From positions 3,985 to 67,984 of the forward strand of contig CAZLFZ010000001.1 of the NCBI GenBank assembly GCA_964559215.1: 64,000 nt of DNA. Reading direction: 5' to 3'. The notes beneath the pieces were generated by a model. That model did no database searches. It saw nothing but the letters and a program-made list of their open reading frames with translations, and was not told the DNA's origin. A program made the translations under genes and the position numbers. This document shows positions 27,379-36,993 of the stretch, piece by piece; the first letter of the stretch is position 1, and each line of letters starts with the position of its first letter. This stretch comes from an uncultured archaeon. GTDB taxonomy: Archaea; Aenigmatarchaeota; Aenigmatarchaeia; QMZP01; JAFGSV01.

Positions 27379-28001
27379 ACCATAAAATCCATGAGAACGT
27401 GGAAATCGGAGAGGGCTCCACTGTCGGTGATTACGTCATAATAGGCGTGTCCCCGAAAGGGAAAAAAGACGGGGAAGCCAAGACTGTCATAGGAAAGGGG
27501 GCAAACATACGCTCACATTCTGTCATATACGCCGGCAACGTCATAGGTGACAACTTCCAGACAGGCCATGGGGTCATGGTAAGGGAATATAATAAGATAG
27601 GGAATGATGTTAGCATAGGCACAAACACCGTTGTCGAAAGGGACTCGAAGATAGACGATGGCGCCAAGTTGCATAGTAATGTGTTTGTGCCGGAGTATAC
27701 TTGGATAGGCAAGGGCGCATGGATAGGCCCGAACGTTGTCTTCACGAACGTCCCGCATCCCCTTTGCCCAAAGGCAAAGGAATGTATGAAGGGTGCTGTC
27801 GTGGGCGAATGCGCCAAGATAGGCGCGAATTCCACCATACTGCCGTTCGTCAAGATAGGCGACAATGCTCTGATAGGCGCCGGCTCTGTCGTCACAAAGG
27901 ATGTGCCTGCTAGCATGACCGCTTTTGGCAACCCGGCAACTGTCAAAAAGGATGTCTCGGAACTCAAGTGCTCCAAAGGCATGGTAGACAAGCCGTATTA
28001 G
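27375..28001 (+). CDS. Left-handed beta-helix (hexapeptide-repeat) acetyltransferase, WbpD-like
   Basis: Repeated [LIV]G-x4 hexapeptides ('IGEGSTVGDYVIIG', 'IGKGANIRSHSVIY', 'IGPNVVF...'). Start overlaps the upstream stop. Confidence 0.65.
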   Translation: MNHKIHENVEIGEGSTVGDYVIIGVSPKGKKDGEAKTVIGKGANIRSHSVIYAGNVIGDNFQTGHGVMVREYNKIGNDVSIGTNTVVERDSKIDDGAKLHSNVFVPEYTWIGKGAWIGPNVVFTNVPHPLCPKAKECMKGAVVGECAKIGANSTILPFVKIGDNALIGAGSVVTKDVPASMTAFGNPATVKKDVSELKCSKGMVDKPY

Positions 28002-28143
28002 GTCTGTTTATATGGGATTGATTTTGGGATGCGTTTAAATAAGAATTCCACCAGTCCTATTTAACCAATTACCTGTAACTGGTGGATGAGCACTAAAAGG
28101 GGAATTAATTTAAAGTGATTGTTGTTAATTATGCAGTGATATA

Positions 28144-29247
28144 ATGATACCCATAGCTTATCCGAAAGGTGCGGTAGACAAAGAGATGATAAAGGCAGTG
28201 GTAGATACGCTCAATTCAGGCAGGTATGTAATGGGCGGCAACTCCAAGGGGTTTGAAAGGGAATTTTCCTCCTTCTGCGGGACCAAGGCCGCAGTTTCCA
28301 CATCTTCAGGGACGACCGCACTCCACCTGACGCTTACTGCCATAGGGATCGGAGCAGGGGACGAGGTCATAACGACCCCCCACACCTTCATAGCCACGTC
28401 CAACTCCATCATACACACTGGTGCAAAGCCTGTCTTTGTTGACATAGACCCGGATACGCATAACATAGACGCCTCAAAGATAGAGGCTGCCATAACACCA
28501 AAGACAAAGGCAATAATCCCTGTCCACATATACGGCACACCCGCTGACATGGATGCCATAATGGAGATAGCCGAGCAACACGGCCTCAAGGTGGTTGAGG
28601 ACGCCTGCCAGGCAGCTGGGGCAGAATACAGGGGAAGGAAAACGGGCTCGATGGGGAACGCAGGCTGCTTCAGCTTCTTCCCGTCAAAGGTCATGACAGT
28701 CGGCGGGGAAGGTGGAATGGTGGTCACCAGCGATGAGGAGCTGGAGAGGAAAATGGTGGCCCTAAGGGACCAGGGAAGGATGCCGGGTGAGAAGTACAGG
28801 CACGATATGATAGGGTTCAACTACAGGATGGGCGAGATATCGGCGGCCATAGGGCTGCAGGAACTGAAGCACCTTCCCGAATGGTTAGAGCGCAGGAGGA
28901 AGGTAGCTAAGGAATATTCAAGGCTCCTCCAGGAGGTGGATAATGTTAAACCTCCCACAGAGAAGGAATGGGCAAAATCCTCCTACTATGTGTATACTAT
29001 TACGGTTCCATCTCAGAACAGGGAGAAGCTAATAGAGTGGCTAAGGGGAGCAGGGATACAGGCCGGCATATACTATCCTATGCCCCTTCATTTGCAGCCA
29101 GCCTACAGCGGCATGGGTTTCAGGAAGGGTATGTTCCCTGTAGCTGAGGATATAGTTACCCGGATTCTTGCTCTTCCCATGCACCAGTATCTTAAGGCTG
29201 AAGAAATAGAATTCGTGGCTAAAAAAGTGGCAGAATTCAAGCCATGA
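28144..29247 (+). CDS. DegT/DnrJ/EryC1/StrS-family PLP-dependent sugar aminotransferase, WbpE-like
   Basis: 367 aa. 'SFFPSKVMTVGGEGGMV' with the PLP-lysine context. Family-typical N-terminus 'GNSKGFEREFSSFCGTK'. Confidence 0.75.
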   Translation: MIPIAYPKGAVDKEMIKAVVDTLNSGRYVMGGNSKGFEREFSSFCGTKAAVSTSSGTTALHLTLTAIGIGAGDEVITTPHTFIATSNSIIHTGAKPVFVDIDPDTHNIDASKIEAAITPKTKAIIPVHIYGTPADMDAIMEIAEQHGLKVVEDACQAAGAEYRGRKTGSMGNAGCFSFFPSKVMTVGGEGGMVVTSDEELERKMVALRDQGRMPGEKYRHDMIGFNYRMGEISAAIGLQELKHLPEWLERRRKVAKEYSRLLQEVDNVKPPTEKEWAKSSYYVYTITVPSQNREKLIEWLRGAGIQAGIYYPMPLHLQPAYSGMGFRKGMFPVAEDIVTRILALPMHQYLKAEEIEFVAKKVAEFKP

Positions 29248-29299
29248 TATGGGCGGTTTTTATTGTCATGACCTGCAACGGCGAGAGATAGAATTACAA

Positions 29300-29350
29300 G
29301 GAATCGGGACGGTTCCAAAGCCGGCAAGGCACCTTGTTGATCTTCATAAA
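29300..29350 (+). pseudogene. Left piece of a fragmented B12-radical-SAM paralog
   Basis: 'ccaaagccggcaaggcaccttgttgatcttcataaatataggcc' is near-identical to nt ~24565-24605 of the intact gene (PKPARHLVDLHKYRP). Confidence 0.6.
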
Positions 29351-29367
29351 TATAGGCCATGAGGAGA

Positions 29368-29438
29368 TAAATCATATGCCGTTTTACGAAGTTCGCTGAA
29401 AGCGAATTTGGGAAAATCAAGCAAAGCGTAGATTTTCC
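29368..29438. other. Long perfect-stem hairpin (11-bp outer stem with nested inner hairpin)
   Basis: 'gccgttttacg ... cgtaaaacggc' encloses 'aagttcgctgaaagcgaattt' (inner stem ttcgc/gcgaa). Located at the left end of the AT-rich insertion. Confidence 0.5.
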
Positions 29439-29568
29439 GTAAAACGGCTGTTATGTCTCCGAGCGTAGCGAGGCGAGGAGCGGAACGAAGTGAGCACCGC
29501 AGAGTTCCATCCGAGATTTTTAATCTGAGGCCGACAAAATTATAAATGTAAAGCTCTAACACGTAGTT

Positions 29569-30495
29569 ATGAAATCGCTAATCATAAAGCCCAAATCTCC
29601 GTATAATATTAAGCTACATTTTGATAATTGTACACACAAAGAGCCCCAGCCATATCAGTACAAAGATGAGAAATGGTGGCAAGCTTTGCGGCTCAAGAAC
29701 GGTAAGCTGGTACCGGTAGAAGTGATATTAAATAAGAATGTTGATAAGCCACAACTGAATGTGAATATTTTTGTAGATACGTCAAAAGAAGAAAATGAGG
29801 AAATTGTTAGTCAAATCAGGCGTATCTTTAATACAGATTATGACTTAAAGTCGTTGTATAAATTCATGAATAAAGATCTGATACTAAAACGTGTAAAAAA
29901 TAATCATTACGGGCTGGTCCCTTCTGCTTCTCCAAGCATTTACGAAGCGATAATCGCAGTGATTATTCAACAGCAAATTTCTTTGAAAGTGGCACGGCAC
30001 ATGACTGCATTATTGATCAAGAAATTTGGCGACTGCGTGAAAATAGATAACCGAGAATTTTGGGCATTTCCCACGTCATCCGAATTAGCTAATAGAAAAA
30101 TTTCAGAATTAAGAAAATGTAAATTAAGCGGTCGAAAGGCCGAGTATATAAAAGATATTTCAAAAGCAGTCGCTTCTGGTAAATTTGATCCAGAATCGCT
30201 GAGGGAATGCTCACACCAAGAAATAATTGACCGCTTGACACAGTTTAGAGGGCTGGGACGATGGACATCAGAAATGGTAATTTTAACTTCAATAACTTTA
30301 GATAATATAAATCCTGCAGGAGATTTGGGTGCACGCAAAGCGATTTCTCATTTCTTCAACAAAGATAAATTAATGTCAGAGAATGAAGTTAGAGCACTAA
30401 CAGATAAATGGGGCAAATACAAAGGGGTAATTACATATTATTGTGGTGCTGAAGTTCTACATCAGTCGCCGTATTTTTATCGAGGACGGAATTAG
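29569..30495 (+). CDS. HhH-GPD superfamily DNA glycosylase, AlkA-like (3-methyladenine DNA glycosylase II-type)
   Basis: 'IYEAIIAVIIQQQISLKVA' matches AlkA 'FEALVRAILGQQVSVAAA'. 'GLGRWTSEMVILTSITLDNINPAGDLGARKA' is the HhH plus Gly/Pro loop plus catalytic Asp, compared with AlkA 'GIGRWTANYFAL...PDDYL'. TATA-like 'aaattataaatg' lies about 20 nt upstream. The segment is AT-rich. Confidence 0.55.
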   Translation: MKSLIIKPKSPYNIKLHFDNCTHKEPQPYQYKDEKWWQALRLKNGKLVPVEVILNKNVDKPQLNVNIFVDTSKEENEEIVSQIRRIFNTDYDLKSLYKFMNKDLILKRVKNNHYGLVPSASPSIYEAIIAVIIQQQISLKVARHMTALLIKKFGDCVKIDNREFWAFPTSSELANRKISELRKCKLSGRKAEYIKDISKAVASGKFDPESLRECSHQEIIDRLTQFRGLGRWTSEMVILTSITLDNINPAGDLGARKAISHFFNKDKLMSENEVRALTDKWGKYKGVITYYCGAEVLHQSPYFYRGRN

Positions 30496-30501
30496 ACATA
30501 A

Positions 30502-30645
30502 CAACCCTATCTACACTTCGGGGGTTGCCCGTTCAATTGCAGCTTCTCCCCAAGGATTACCAGTGGGGCTTTCATGGGGTTTCCGTTCCAAGGGCCCTGG
30601 AGGGTGTGGAAGAGGTCATGTAATTGGGCTTCAAGCGTATATTAT
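30502..30645 (+). pseudogene. Right piece of the fragmented B12-radical-SAM paralog
   Basis: Translates as 'TLSTLRGLPVQLQLLPKDYQW...' in one frame and 'GCPFNCSFSPRITSGAFMGFPFQGPWRVWKRS' in another. This parallels intact 'TPVYTSRGCPFNCNFCSRITGRTFRAIPIPRVLEEIKEV' with stops and a shift. The track ORF 30443-30649 is an out-of-frame reading of this remnant. Confidence 0.6.
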
Positions 30646-30729
30646 CTGAGCCATTGATTAGCATAATGACCATCAATGGATATCGGTGTTGATATAAGCA
30701 ATTTATATCAAGGTTGGTATATTTAAGAC

Positions 30730-32277
30730 ATGCCTGAAGAAGTCGGGAATGGCTATCTGAAAACGATAGTAAAGGGAGCAGGAATTGTTTTCATCGGCTT
30801 GTTTGTATCAAAGATCCTCAGCTATCTTTTTAGGATTTTCATAGCGCGATACTTTGGGCTTGGGGATTATGGGCTGTTCTCGCTCGGTCTGGCAGTTCTG
30901 AGCTTTTTCGCGACCTTTGCGATTTTGGGTCTGCAGACTGGCGTAATCAGATACACGGCACATTACAGGGCGAAAGGTGATAAGAAGAGGGTCAAAGGTG
31001 TAATAACATCCAGCATTAAGCTCGTTTTGCCCGCCTCGGTCATAATGTCATTTTTGATGTTGATTTCTTCTCCTTACCTAGCAATCAATGTTTTCAAGGA
31101 GCCTGAACTGGTAAATGTTTTGCTAATTCTTTCGCTCTCGATCCCGTTTTCAGCACTGTTCGCTGTTCTTGTGTCTGTTTTCACGGGTTTCAAGCAAATC
31201 AAATACAAGGTTTGTTCTGAAAGCTTTTTCATCAATCTCGCAAAATTGGTTTTCATAATCGCTTTCGGGGCTTGGGGATTCGGGGTTGTCGGAATAGCAT
31301 GGGCATGGACCATCGCTACCATATTGGCACTCATGCTGTCTGCTTACTTTCTGAAAAAGGTTTATCCGATCTTCCGAACCAAGGTTGTTTCTATTCCAAT
31401 GAAAAAAGAACTGCTTTCATATTCTTTGCCCTTGTTGTTCACCGCCTCTATGAGCTTTTTCGTCTTGTGGACAGATACGCTCATGCTCGGTTATTTCAAA
31501 AATGTAAGCGATGTGGGCATTTACAATGCCGCCATGCCGACAGCCCAGCTTTTAATCATGTTTCCAAATGCACTAGCAGCTTTATTCCTGCCCATAATAA
31601 CGGAACTCCATGCAAAGAATAAAATTGTTGAACTGAAGAAAGTCTACAAAACAGTAACCCGCTGGACATTTTATATAAATTTTCCGATGTTTTTATTGCT
31701 TGTTTTCTTCTCAAGGCAGGTTTTGAATCTTCTCTTTGGACCAGAGTACATTACTGGGTACATCCCCCTGATAATTCTAAGCATGGGTCTTATGTTTCGT
31801 AAAAGCGTTCAATCGGTTAGGATACTGGAAATGCTCAAAAAAACCAGAAACATACTATACATTGTTATTTTAACAACAGTCTTGAATGTGTCACTCAATT
31901 ACCTTTTGATACCTTTATATGGCATGAGAGGCGCAGCCATTGCGACCATGGTTACTTATGTTGCTGCATTTTTCCTGTATTTTTTCTTTTCCTACCGTTT
32001 CTCGAAAATGACGCCCCTTTCTCTTAACATGATGAAAGCAGTTGTAGCAGGAATAACTTCGATAGCAATTGTCCATTCAGCGGCGCGCCTGTTGTTTGCA
32101 TCATTCTCCATATACATTCTGGCTGGCCTTTTCCTAGCATTTCTTTTCCTGTATGGTTTCATACTTCTTCTGCTCAGAAGCTTTAACAAGGAAGACATAG
32201 AAATAATGAAAACTATAGAAAGGAAAAGCGGACTGAAAATAGAATTTCTAAGAAATGTTTTAAAGAGATTTATGTGA
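30730..32277 (+). CDS. MOP-superfamily polysaccharide/oligosaccharide flippase (Wzx/PST-like)
   Basis: 515 aa with about 14 TM helices. N-terminal 'KGAGIVFIGLFVSKILSYLFRIFIARYFG' is typical of polysaccharide biosynthesis protein family transporters. Confidence 0.65.
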   Translation: MPEEVGNGYLKTIVKGAGIVFIGLFVSKILSYLFRIFIARYFGLGDYGLFSLGLAVLSFFATFAILGLQTGVIRYTAHYRAKGDKKRVKGVITSSIKLVLPASVIMSFLMLISSPYLAINVFKEPELVNVLLILSLSIPFSALFAVLVSVFTGFKQIKYKVCSESFFINLAKLVFIIAFGAWGFGVVGIAWAWTIATILALMLSAYFLKKVYPIFRTKVVSIPMKKELLSYSLPLLFTASMSFFVLWTDTLMLGYFKNVSDVGIYNAAMPTAQLLIMFPNALAALFLPIITELHAKNKIVELKKVYKTVTRWTFYINFPMFLLLVFFSRQVLNLLFGPEYITGYIPLIILSMGLMFRKSVQSVRILEMLKKTRNILYIVILTTVLNVSLNYLLIPLYGMRGAAIATMVTYVAAFFLYFFFSYRFSKMTPLSLNMMKAVVAGITSIAIVHSAARLLFASFSIYILAGLFLAFLFLYGFILLLLRSFNKEDIEIMKTIERKSGLKIEFLRNVLKRFM

Positions 32278-32499
32278 TTGCTTCCTTGAGTATCTGGCGT
32301 TCGGTGTTGACAATATCAGAATCCCGCCGGAATTTAGCATTTTCAACCAGTTCTTCAGAACTAGCCTATAATTTTTAACATGCTCTATAATTTCAAGAGC
32401 TACTATTGCATCATGGACATCATCATGTAGAAAATCATATTCTTCAACAGCCTGAATATCTTGTCGTATAGTTTCATCTGGCAACGTCCCTTTCGTCAA
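32260..32499 (-). pseudogene. C-terminal fragment of a class I SAM methyltransferase (no motif I)
   Basis: 'DAIVALEIIEHVKNY...LKMLNSGGILILSTPN' is the post-motif II/III region only. The upstream ORF (32474-32770) lacks a GxGxG box. Confidence 0.4.
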
Positions 32500-32747
32500 T
32501 CTTCCTGTATTTATATTCCCTCAATTTCTTATCCATCTTCTTCGCCATGATGTAGCTTTTTTTAAGGTTGCGAAACATATCCCGATGCGATTCGCAAATC
32601 GTTCCTGCCGGATTGCGTTTTTTCATTTCGGCTAAAAACCATTCATCTGAATATTCATCGACTAAAATGGTTGAAAACGTTTTGAACCTGTTCAATGCGT
32701 TTTCCACGAAACGGCCTATCCATGTTCGAACCCTTACTTTATTCGTG

Positions 32748-33681
32748 TCATCCTTGGGTACATTCGACATATTTCACCTCTGATTTATAGGCATCGCATT
32801 TGCTGCAAAGCGGCAGACTTCTTTTCAGTATGCCTTTTCTTGCCGCCTTGAATTTTGTACTGTCCATTATCTCTTCCAGACTGTTCTCTAACAAATTACC
32901 AAGCACATACTCATGATAGAAGTCCTTGCAGCAAAGGATGAGGTCGCCATTCCATGCTATGACCACAATCTCGAAAAGCTGCAAGCACTTCGTGATTTTT
33001 TTATGAGGCTTACGCAAGACCTGTAATTTGGCAAGCCTTTCCCTCATGTCCCCATCAAACTGGCTGAATGAGCACCGACTTGAATCTAACACCGTCAATG
33101 CCGAGAGACCTGCCGAGCCTTAGAATCTCGTTTTTCTGGTGCTGGTTGTGCTTCATTACGAGAAATTGTATGATGATTCTTGGACGCTTTGAAATGCCAC
33201 GCTGCCTAACGATTCCCTCTATATTGGCAAGGACCTTATCAAAGTTTCCGCCGACCCTGTACTTTTCATAGGTTTTCGCATCGGCACCGTCGACTGAGAA
33301 CTCTATCTCGTCAAAATAACGGACGACATGCTTATAATCGCTTTCATTGAACAATGTTCCATTGGTCTCCATTTTGACCCTGATTCCCTTGTCTGAGCAT
33401 ATTTTCGCCATTTTGAATATGTCCTTGTTAAGCATGGGTTACCCATGCAAGAAGAGTCCCACTTCTTTTATATCACCGAGATTATCCAGCACTTTCATGA
33501 AATTGGTCAGCGACATGGAACCCTTCTCTTTGACATGCCAGCTTGGACACAACGGACATCTCGAATTGCACATATTGGTCGGCTCTATCTTCGCTATGGT
33601 CGGCTTTATTGACATATATAAAAACGGGAAGAAATTCCTCAATACTGACATCATAAGCTTGTACTTATTTTTTCCAACCAT
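32748..33681 (-). pseudogene. Radical SAM / SPASM-domain gene disrupted by an in-frame TAA (33439-33441) and a frameshift near 33055-33098
   Basis: Three consecutive ORFs: 'CNSRCPLCP' radical SAM box (33439-33681), the mid barrel 'METNGTLF...' (33055-33435, same frame as the first and separated only by TAA-CCC-ATG), and the SPASM-like C-terminus 'CCKDFYHEY...CSKCDAYK' (32748-33098, other frame). Confidence 0.55.
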
Positions 33682-33712
33682 CTACAATCTCCTCTATCGT
33701 TCTGCCTTCCCA

Positions 33713-34407
33713 TCATTCAAGGATGTCTTTTAATGTGCGGTTATTTTGGCTTTGTGTATTTACCCTCCACTTCTGCCACCTGACTATCGTGTTTATGCAA
33801 AAGGTACACTGGTAAGGACACCCTCTCCCAGAATGGTCGTGTATATGTCTCCCGAAGTCCTCGCCCCCAAGAACATAATCCGACACATACTCTTTCATTT
33901 TAAGTAGATGCCAGCTTGGTGGAGACATCTCATTCAATTCCATGTAAGGCTTGATTGGGTTTCTTTTTATCTCACCTTTTTCAGAGTAAACCAGCCCGCT
34001 GATATCAGATATCTTTTTTTACCTTCCATATGTTGCATAAACTCTAATGCACCCTTTTCAGCCTCATCTCTTATGACAAAATCAACAGACCGGTCCATTA
34101 CTGTCTGTTCGGGAAAGAGGGTAGGGTGTGTCCCGCCCCAGACAACTGGTACATCGGAGTCAATTTCCTTGACAGTGTCTGAAAGTTCAAGTGCGTATTT
34201 CAGCTGTGTCGTCATAACGGAAAACCCTATGACATCCGATTTTTTGATCAGGCTCTTCAACTTCTTCTTTTCATTTTCCACCTGATAATCTATCACATTC
34301 ACCTTGCACCCAGCTTTGTCAAGAACCGTGCCAAGATAAAGAACTGCCATGAACAACTGAGGCGGTGACTTGTCTTCTGCCTTCGGATTTACAATGGTAA
34401 AATTCAT
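33713..34407 (-). pseudogene. Truncated, frameshifted N-terminal portion of a third B12-binding radical SAM paralog
   Basis: 33967-34407 encodes a B12-binding domain ('VIGFSVMTTQ...VVWGGTHPTLFPE'). 33713-33943 in another frame encodes 'RGCPYQCTFCIN' CxxxCxxC. There is no C-terminal half, and it abuts the SPASM pseudogene. Confidence 0.5.
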
Positions 34408-34499
34408 GATAAACCTTAAAATAATGGTTTTAAAAAGACATCTAAAATTAATTTGAAGGCATAACCGTGATTAGGACTATTAAAAATAGTCATGGCACC

Positions 34500-34514
34500 G
34501 TATTATATATTTAA
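34500..34514 (+). promoter_or_regulatory. TATA-box-like element upstream of GT4 gene
   Basis: 'gtattatatatttaa' sits 18-32 nt upstream of the ATG at 34532. Confidence 0.3.
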
Positions 34515-34531
34515 TTCATGAAATTCATCTT

Positions 34532-35710
34532 ATGAGACCAATCAATGTCTTTATGGTGATCCACCGTTTCAGGCCACTTATTGGAGGGGTTGAAGTTTAC
34601 GCGGAAAATCTTGGGAAACGTCTAGTAGAAAAAGGGCACAATGTAAATGTGCTCACGCTTGTTGTGCGCTCAACACCGAGAAGAGAGAATATTGACGGTA
34701 TGAATGTACGCCGTTTGTCTGCTCCGGGAATACCAGGCCTGAGATTCATGTTTTTCTTTTTGAGAGTGTTTATCGAGCTTTTCAAAAACCGGTCCAAGAT
34801 AGATGTCATTCATACATATCAGATTTATACTGCCGGAATAGTTCTGGTCCTTTTTGGAAAGATCTTAAGGAAACCCGTTATCATAAGAGAAGGAAGCCAG
34901 ACTATATACTACTTCATGACATTGAAAGGATTTCTAAAAGGGAGAATGATGTCTTGGGCGATAAGAAATGCAAAAGAAATGTATTCTATCACACCAAAGT
35001 TTGTGAAGAGTATGAAGATGGCAGGTGCTAGGCCGGATGTGCTCTGGTCTCCTGTGGACTCACACCTATTCAGTCCTCCAAACAACAAGAATTCGGAAAA
35101 AAGAAAAGTAGGATTTCATGGAAGGTTCGTCGTGCTCTATGTCGGCAGGCTGGCAGGATTCAAGAATGTTTCCTGTCTCATAGACGCCGTGCCCAGCATT
35201 TCCAAGAAAGTGAAGAAGATTGGCGTTCTCATCGTGGGTGACGGTCCGGAAAGAGAGAAACTGGAAAAGCAAGCTGAGATGCTTGGCGTTTCCGATAAGA
35301 TAGAATTCATAGGGAGTGTACCTTCGAGAAATGTGGCTAAATACTTCAAGATTGCTGATGTCTTTGTACATCCTGCAGTGTCCGATATGAAGTATGAAAA
35401 GGACTTGTCTTTCCCGTCGAATACAATCTACCAGGCAATGGCATCGGGACTCCCTTCTGTTTCGACAGTGGAACATCAGCTTTCGGAATCCAGGCTTCCT
35501 GAAGTAAAGGACACGCTTGTCATGGATTCAGCCGTTGCTATAAAACCGAACTCTCCAGAATGCCTCGCTGAGGCGGTTTTAAAATTATACAAATCCGAAA
35601 CTCTCAGGAAGAAGTTAGGAAAAAATGCGAGGAAAACTGCATTAAAAAAACTTGACTGGGATTTGCATGTAAAAAAAATAATCGGAAAGTATGAAAAAAT
35701 GATTTCTTAG
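34532..35710 (+). CDS. Glycosyltransferase family 4
   Basis: 392 aa. 'FVHPAVSDMKYEKDLSFPSNTIYQAMASGLPSVST' region and 'GRLAGFKNV'. Two-Rossmann-domain GT-B architecture. Confidence 0.65.
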   Translation: MRPINVFMVIHRFRPLIGGVEVYAENLGKRLVEKGHNVNVLTLVVRSTPRRENIDGMNVRRLSAPGIPGLRFMFFFLRVFIELFKNRSKIDVIHTYQIYTAGIVLVLFGKILRKPVIIREGSQTIYYFMTLKGFLKGRMMSWAIRNAKEMYSITPKFVKSMKMAGARPDVLWSPVDSHLFSPPNNKNSEKRKVGFHGRFVVLYVGRLAGFKNVSCLIDAVPSISKKVKKIGVLIVGDGPEREKLEKQAEMLGVSDKIEFIGSVPSRNVAKYFKIADVFVHPAVSDMKYEKDLSFPSNTIYQAMASGLPSVSTVEHQLSESRLPEVKDTLVMDSAVAIKPNSPECLAEAVLKLYKSETLRKKLGKNARKTALKKLDWDLHVKKIIGKYEKMIS

Positions 35711-35756
35711 ATGACTTGATTGTTTTTATCAAATACGCAAATAGTTGGCTCAGATT

Positions 35757-35995
35757 TGGAAATAATTTTATAAATACGTTATTTTCTGGTTTCTTATGGT
35801 AGTGAAGATGGTGTGATAGGATGTGGTAAATGAGGAATAAACCACGTAAGAGTTTATTCTGAGATAGAGTGTGATTTTGTTGCTGTTTCTGACCCCAGAC
35901 CGGAAATCAAGAATGTTGCAAAGAAGCTTGGTGTCAGGTTTTTTTCGGATTACAAGGACATGCTGCCTCTTGTGGACGCTGTATCAGGTGTAGTG
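35757..35995 (+). pseudogene. Decayed duplicate of the promoter and first ~65 codons of the wbpB-like oxidoreductase gene
   Basis: 'tttataaatacg...cttatggtagtgaagatggtgtgataggatgtggtaaatgagga...gtttattctga...caggtttttttcggattacaaggacatgctgcctcttgtggacgctgtatcag' aligns at roughly 70% identity to 26404-26650. It contains in-frame TGA/TAG/TAA codons. Confidence 0.6.
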
Positions 35996-36052
35996 CCAAC
36001 TGACATGCATTTCTCCGTTTTCTGCTTCAAGAATTTACACTCTGCACTACCG

Positions 36053-36991
36053 TTATTTTTCTTCGATGCCTTTAAAGTACTTTATCGTATCTTTCAGGCC
36101 CCGATTAAGCGATATCTTTGGTTCCCATCCCAGCACTTTTTTCGCAACGGAAATGTCAGGGCATCGCTGCTTCGGGTCATCCTCTGGGAGCGGCTTGAAG
36201 ATAATCTTGGAGTCGGATTTGATTAACTTAAGAACAATCTTGGCCAGTTCAATAATTGTCTTCTCGTCCGGATTTCCCATATTCACAGGTATATGATATT
36301 CTTTATGCATTAATCTCCAGATGCCTTCAACCATATCAGATACGTAACAGAAGCTTCTGGTTTGTTTCCCGTTACCGAAAACCGTCAAGGGCTTGCCTGC
36401 AAGAGCTTGTGTAATGAAAGTGGGTATCACCCTGCCATCATTTGCTCTCATTTTGGGGCCGAAGGTGTTGAAAATACGAACTATCCCCGTATCCACACCA
36501 TGCTTTCGATGGTATGCCATCGTCAAAGCCTCCCCGCAGCGCTTGGATTCGTCATAGCATGAGCGAATGCCTATGGGGTTAACACGGCCCCAGTATGATT
36601 CCGGCTGTGGGTTTACCTCGGGATCGCCATAGACCTCGGATGTCGATGCGAACAGGAACTTGGCGCCTTTGACATTCGCCAGACCCAGGGCGTTGTGTGT
36701 TCCAAGGGTGCCGACTTTCAGCGTCTTGATTGGGTATTGCTTGTAGTCTATCGGACTTGCAAGGGAGGCAAAATGCAGCACGTAGTCAACTTCTCCCTTC
36801 AACTTTATCCGCTTTGTCACGTCGTGCTTTATGTAAACGAAATTATCGTTGTCTATCAGATGCATTATATTCTCGCTTTTTCCGGTCACGAGATTGTCCA
36901 TGCAGATTACTCCGTACCCTTCACGCAAGAGCCTCTCGCATAGATGGGAACCTATGAATCCTGCGCCACCGGTAACCAGACATCTTTTCAT
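36053..36991 (-). CDS. UDP-glucuronate decarboxylase (UDP-xylose synthase)-like extended SDR
   Basis: 312 aa. '[25 protein letters not shown]' and overall length and pattern typical of UXS/ArnA-decarboxylase-type SDRs. Confidence 0.55.
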   Translation of the reverse strand: MKRCLVTGGAGFIGSHLCERLLREGYGVICMDNLVTGKSENIMHLIDNDNFVYIKHDVTKRIKLKGEVDYVLHFASLASPIDYKQYPIKTLKVGTLGTHNALGLANVKGAKFLFASTSEVYGDPEVNPQPESYWGRVNPIGIRSCYDESKRCGEALTMAYHRKHGVDTGIVRIFNTFGPKMRANDGRVIPTFITQALAGKPLTVFGNGKQTRSFCYVSDMVEGIWRLMHKEYHIPVNMGNPDEKTIIELAKIVLKLIKSDSKIIFKPLPEDDPKQRCPDISVAKKVLGWEPKISLNRGLKDTIKYFKGIEEK

Positions 36992-36993
36992 AT

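Noticed and set aside
30443-30649. 68-aa ORF from the track
   Set aside because: It is an out-of-frame reading across the radical SAM remnant. The same DNA in another frame gives the recognisable 'GCPFNCSFS...' rSAM sequence with stops, so the ORF is not a gene.
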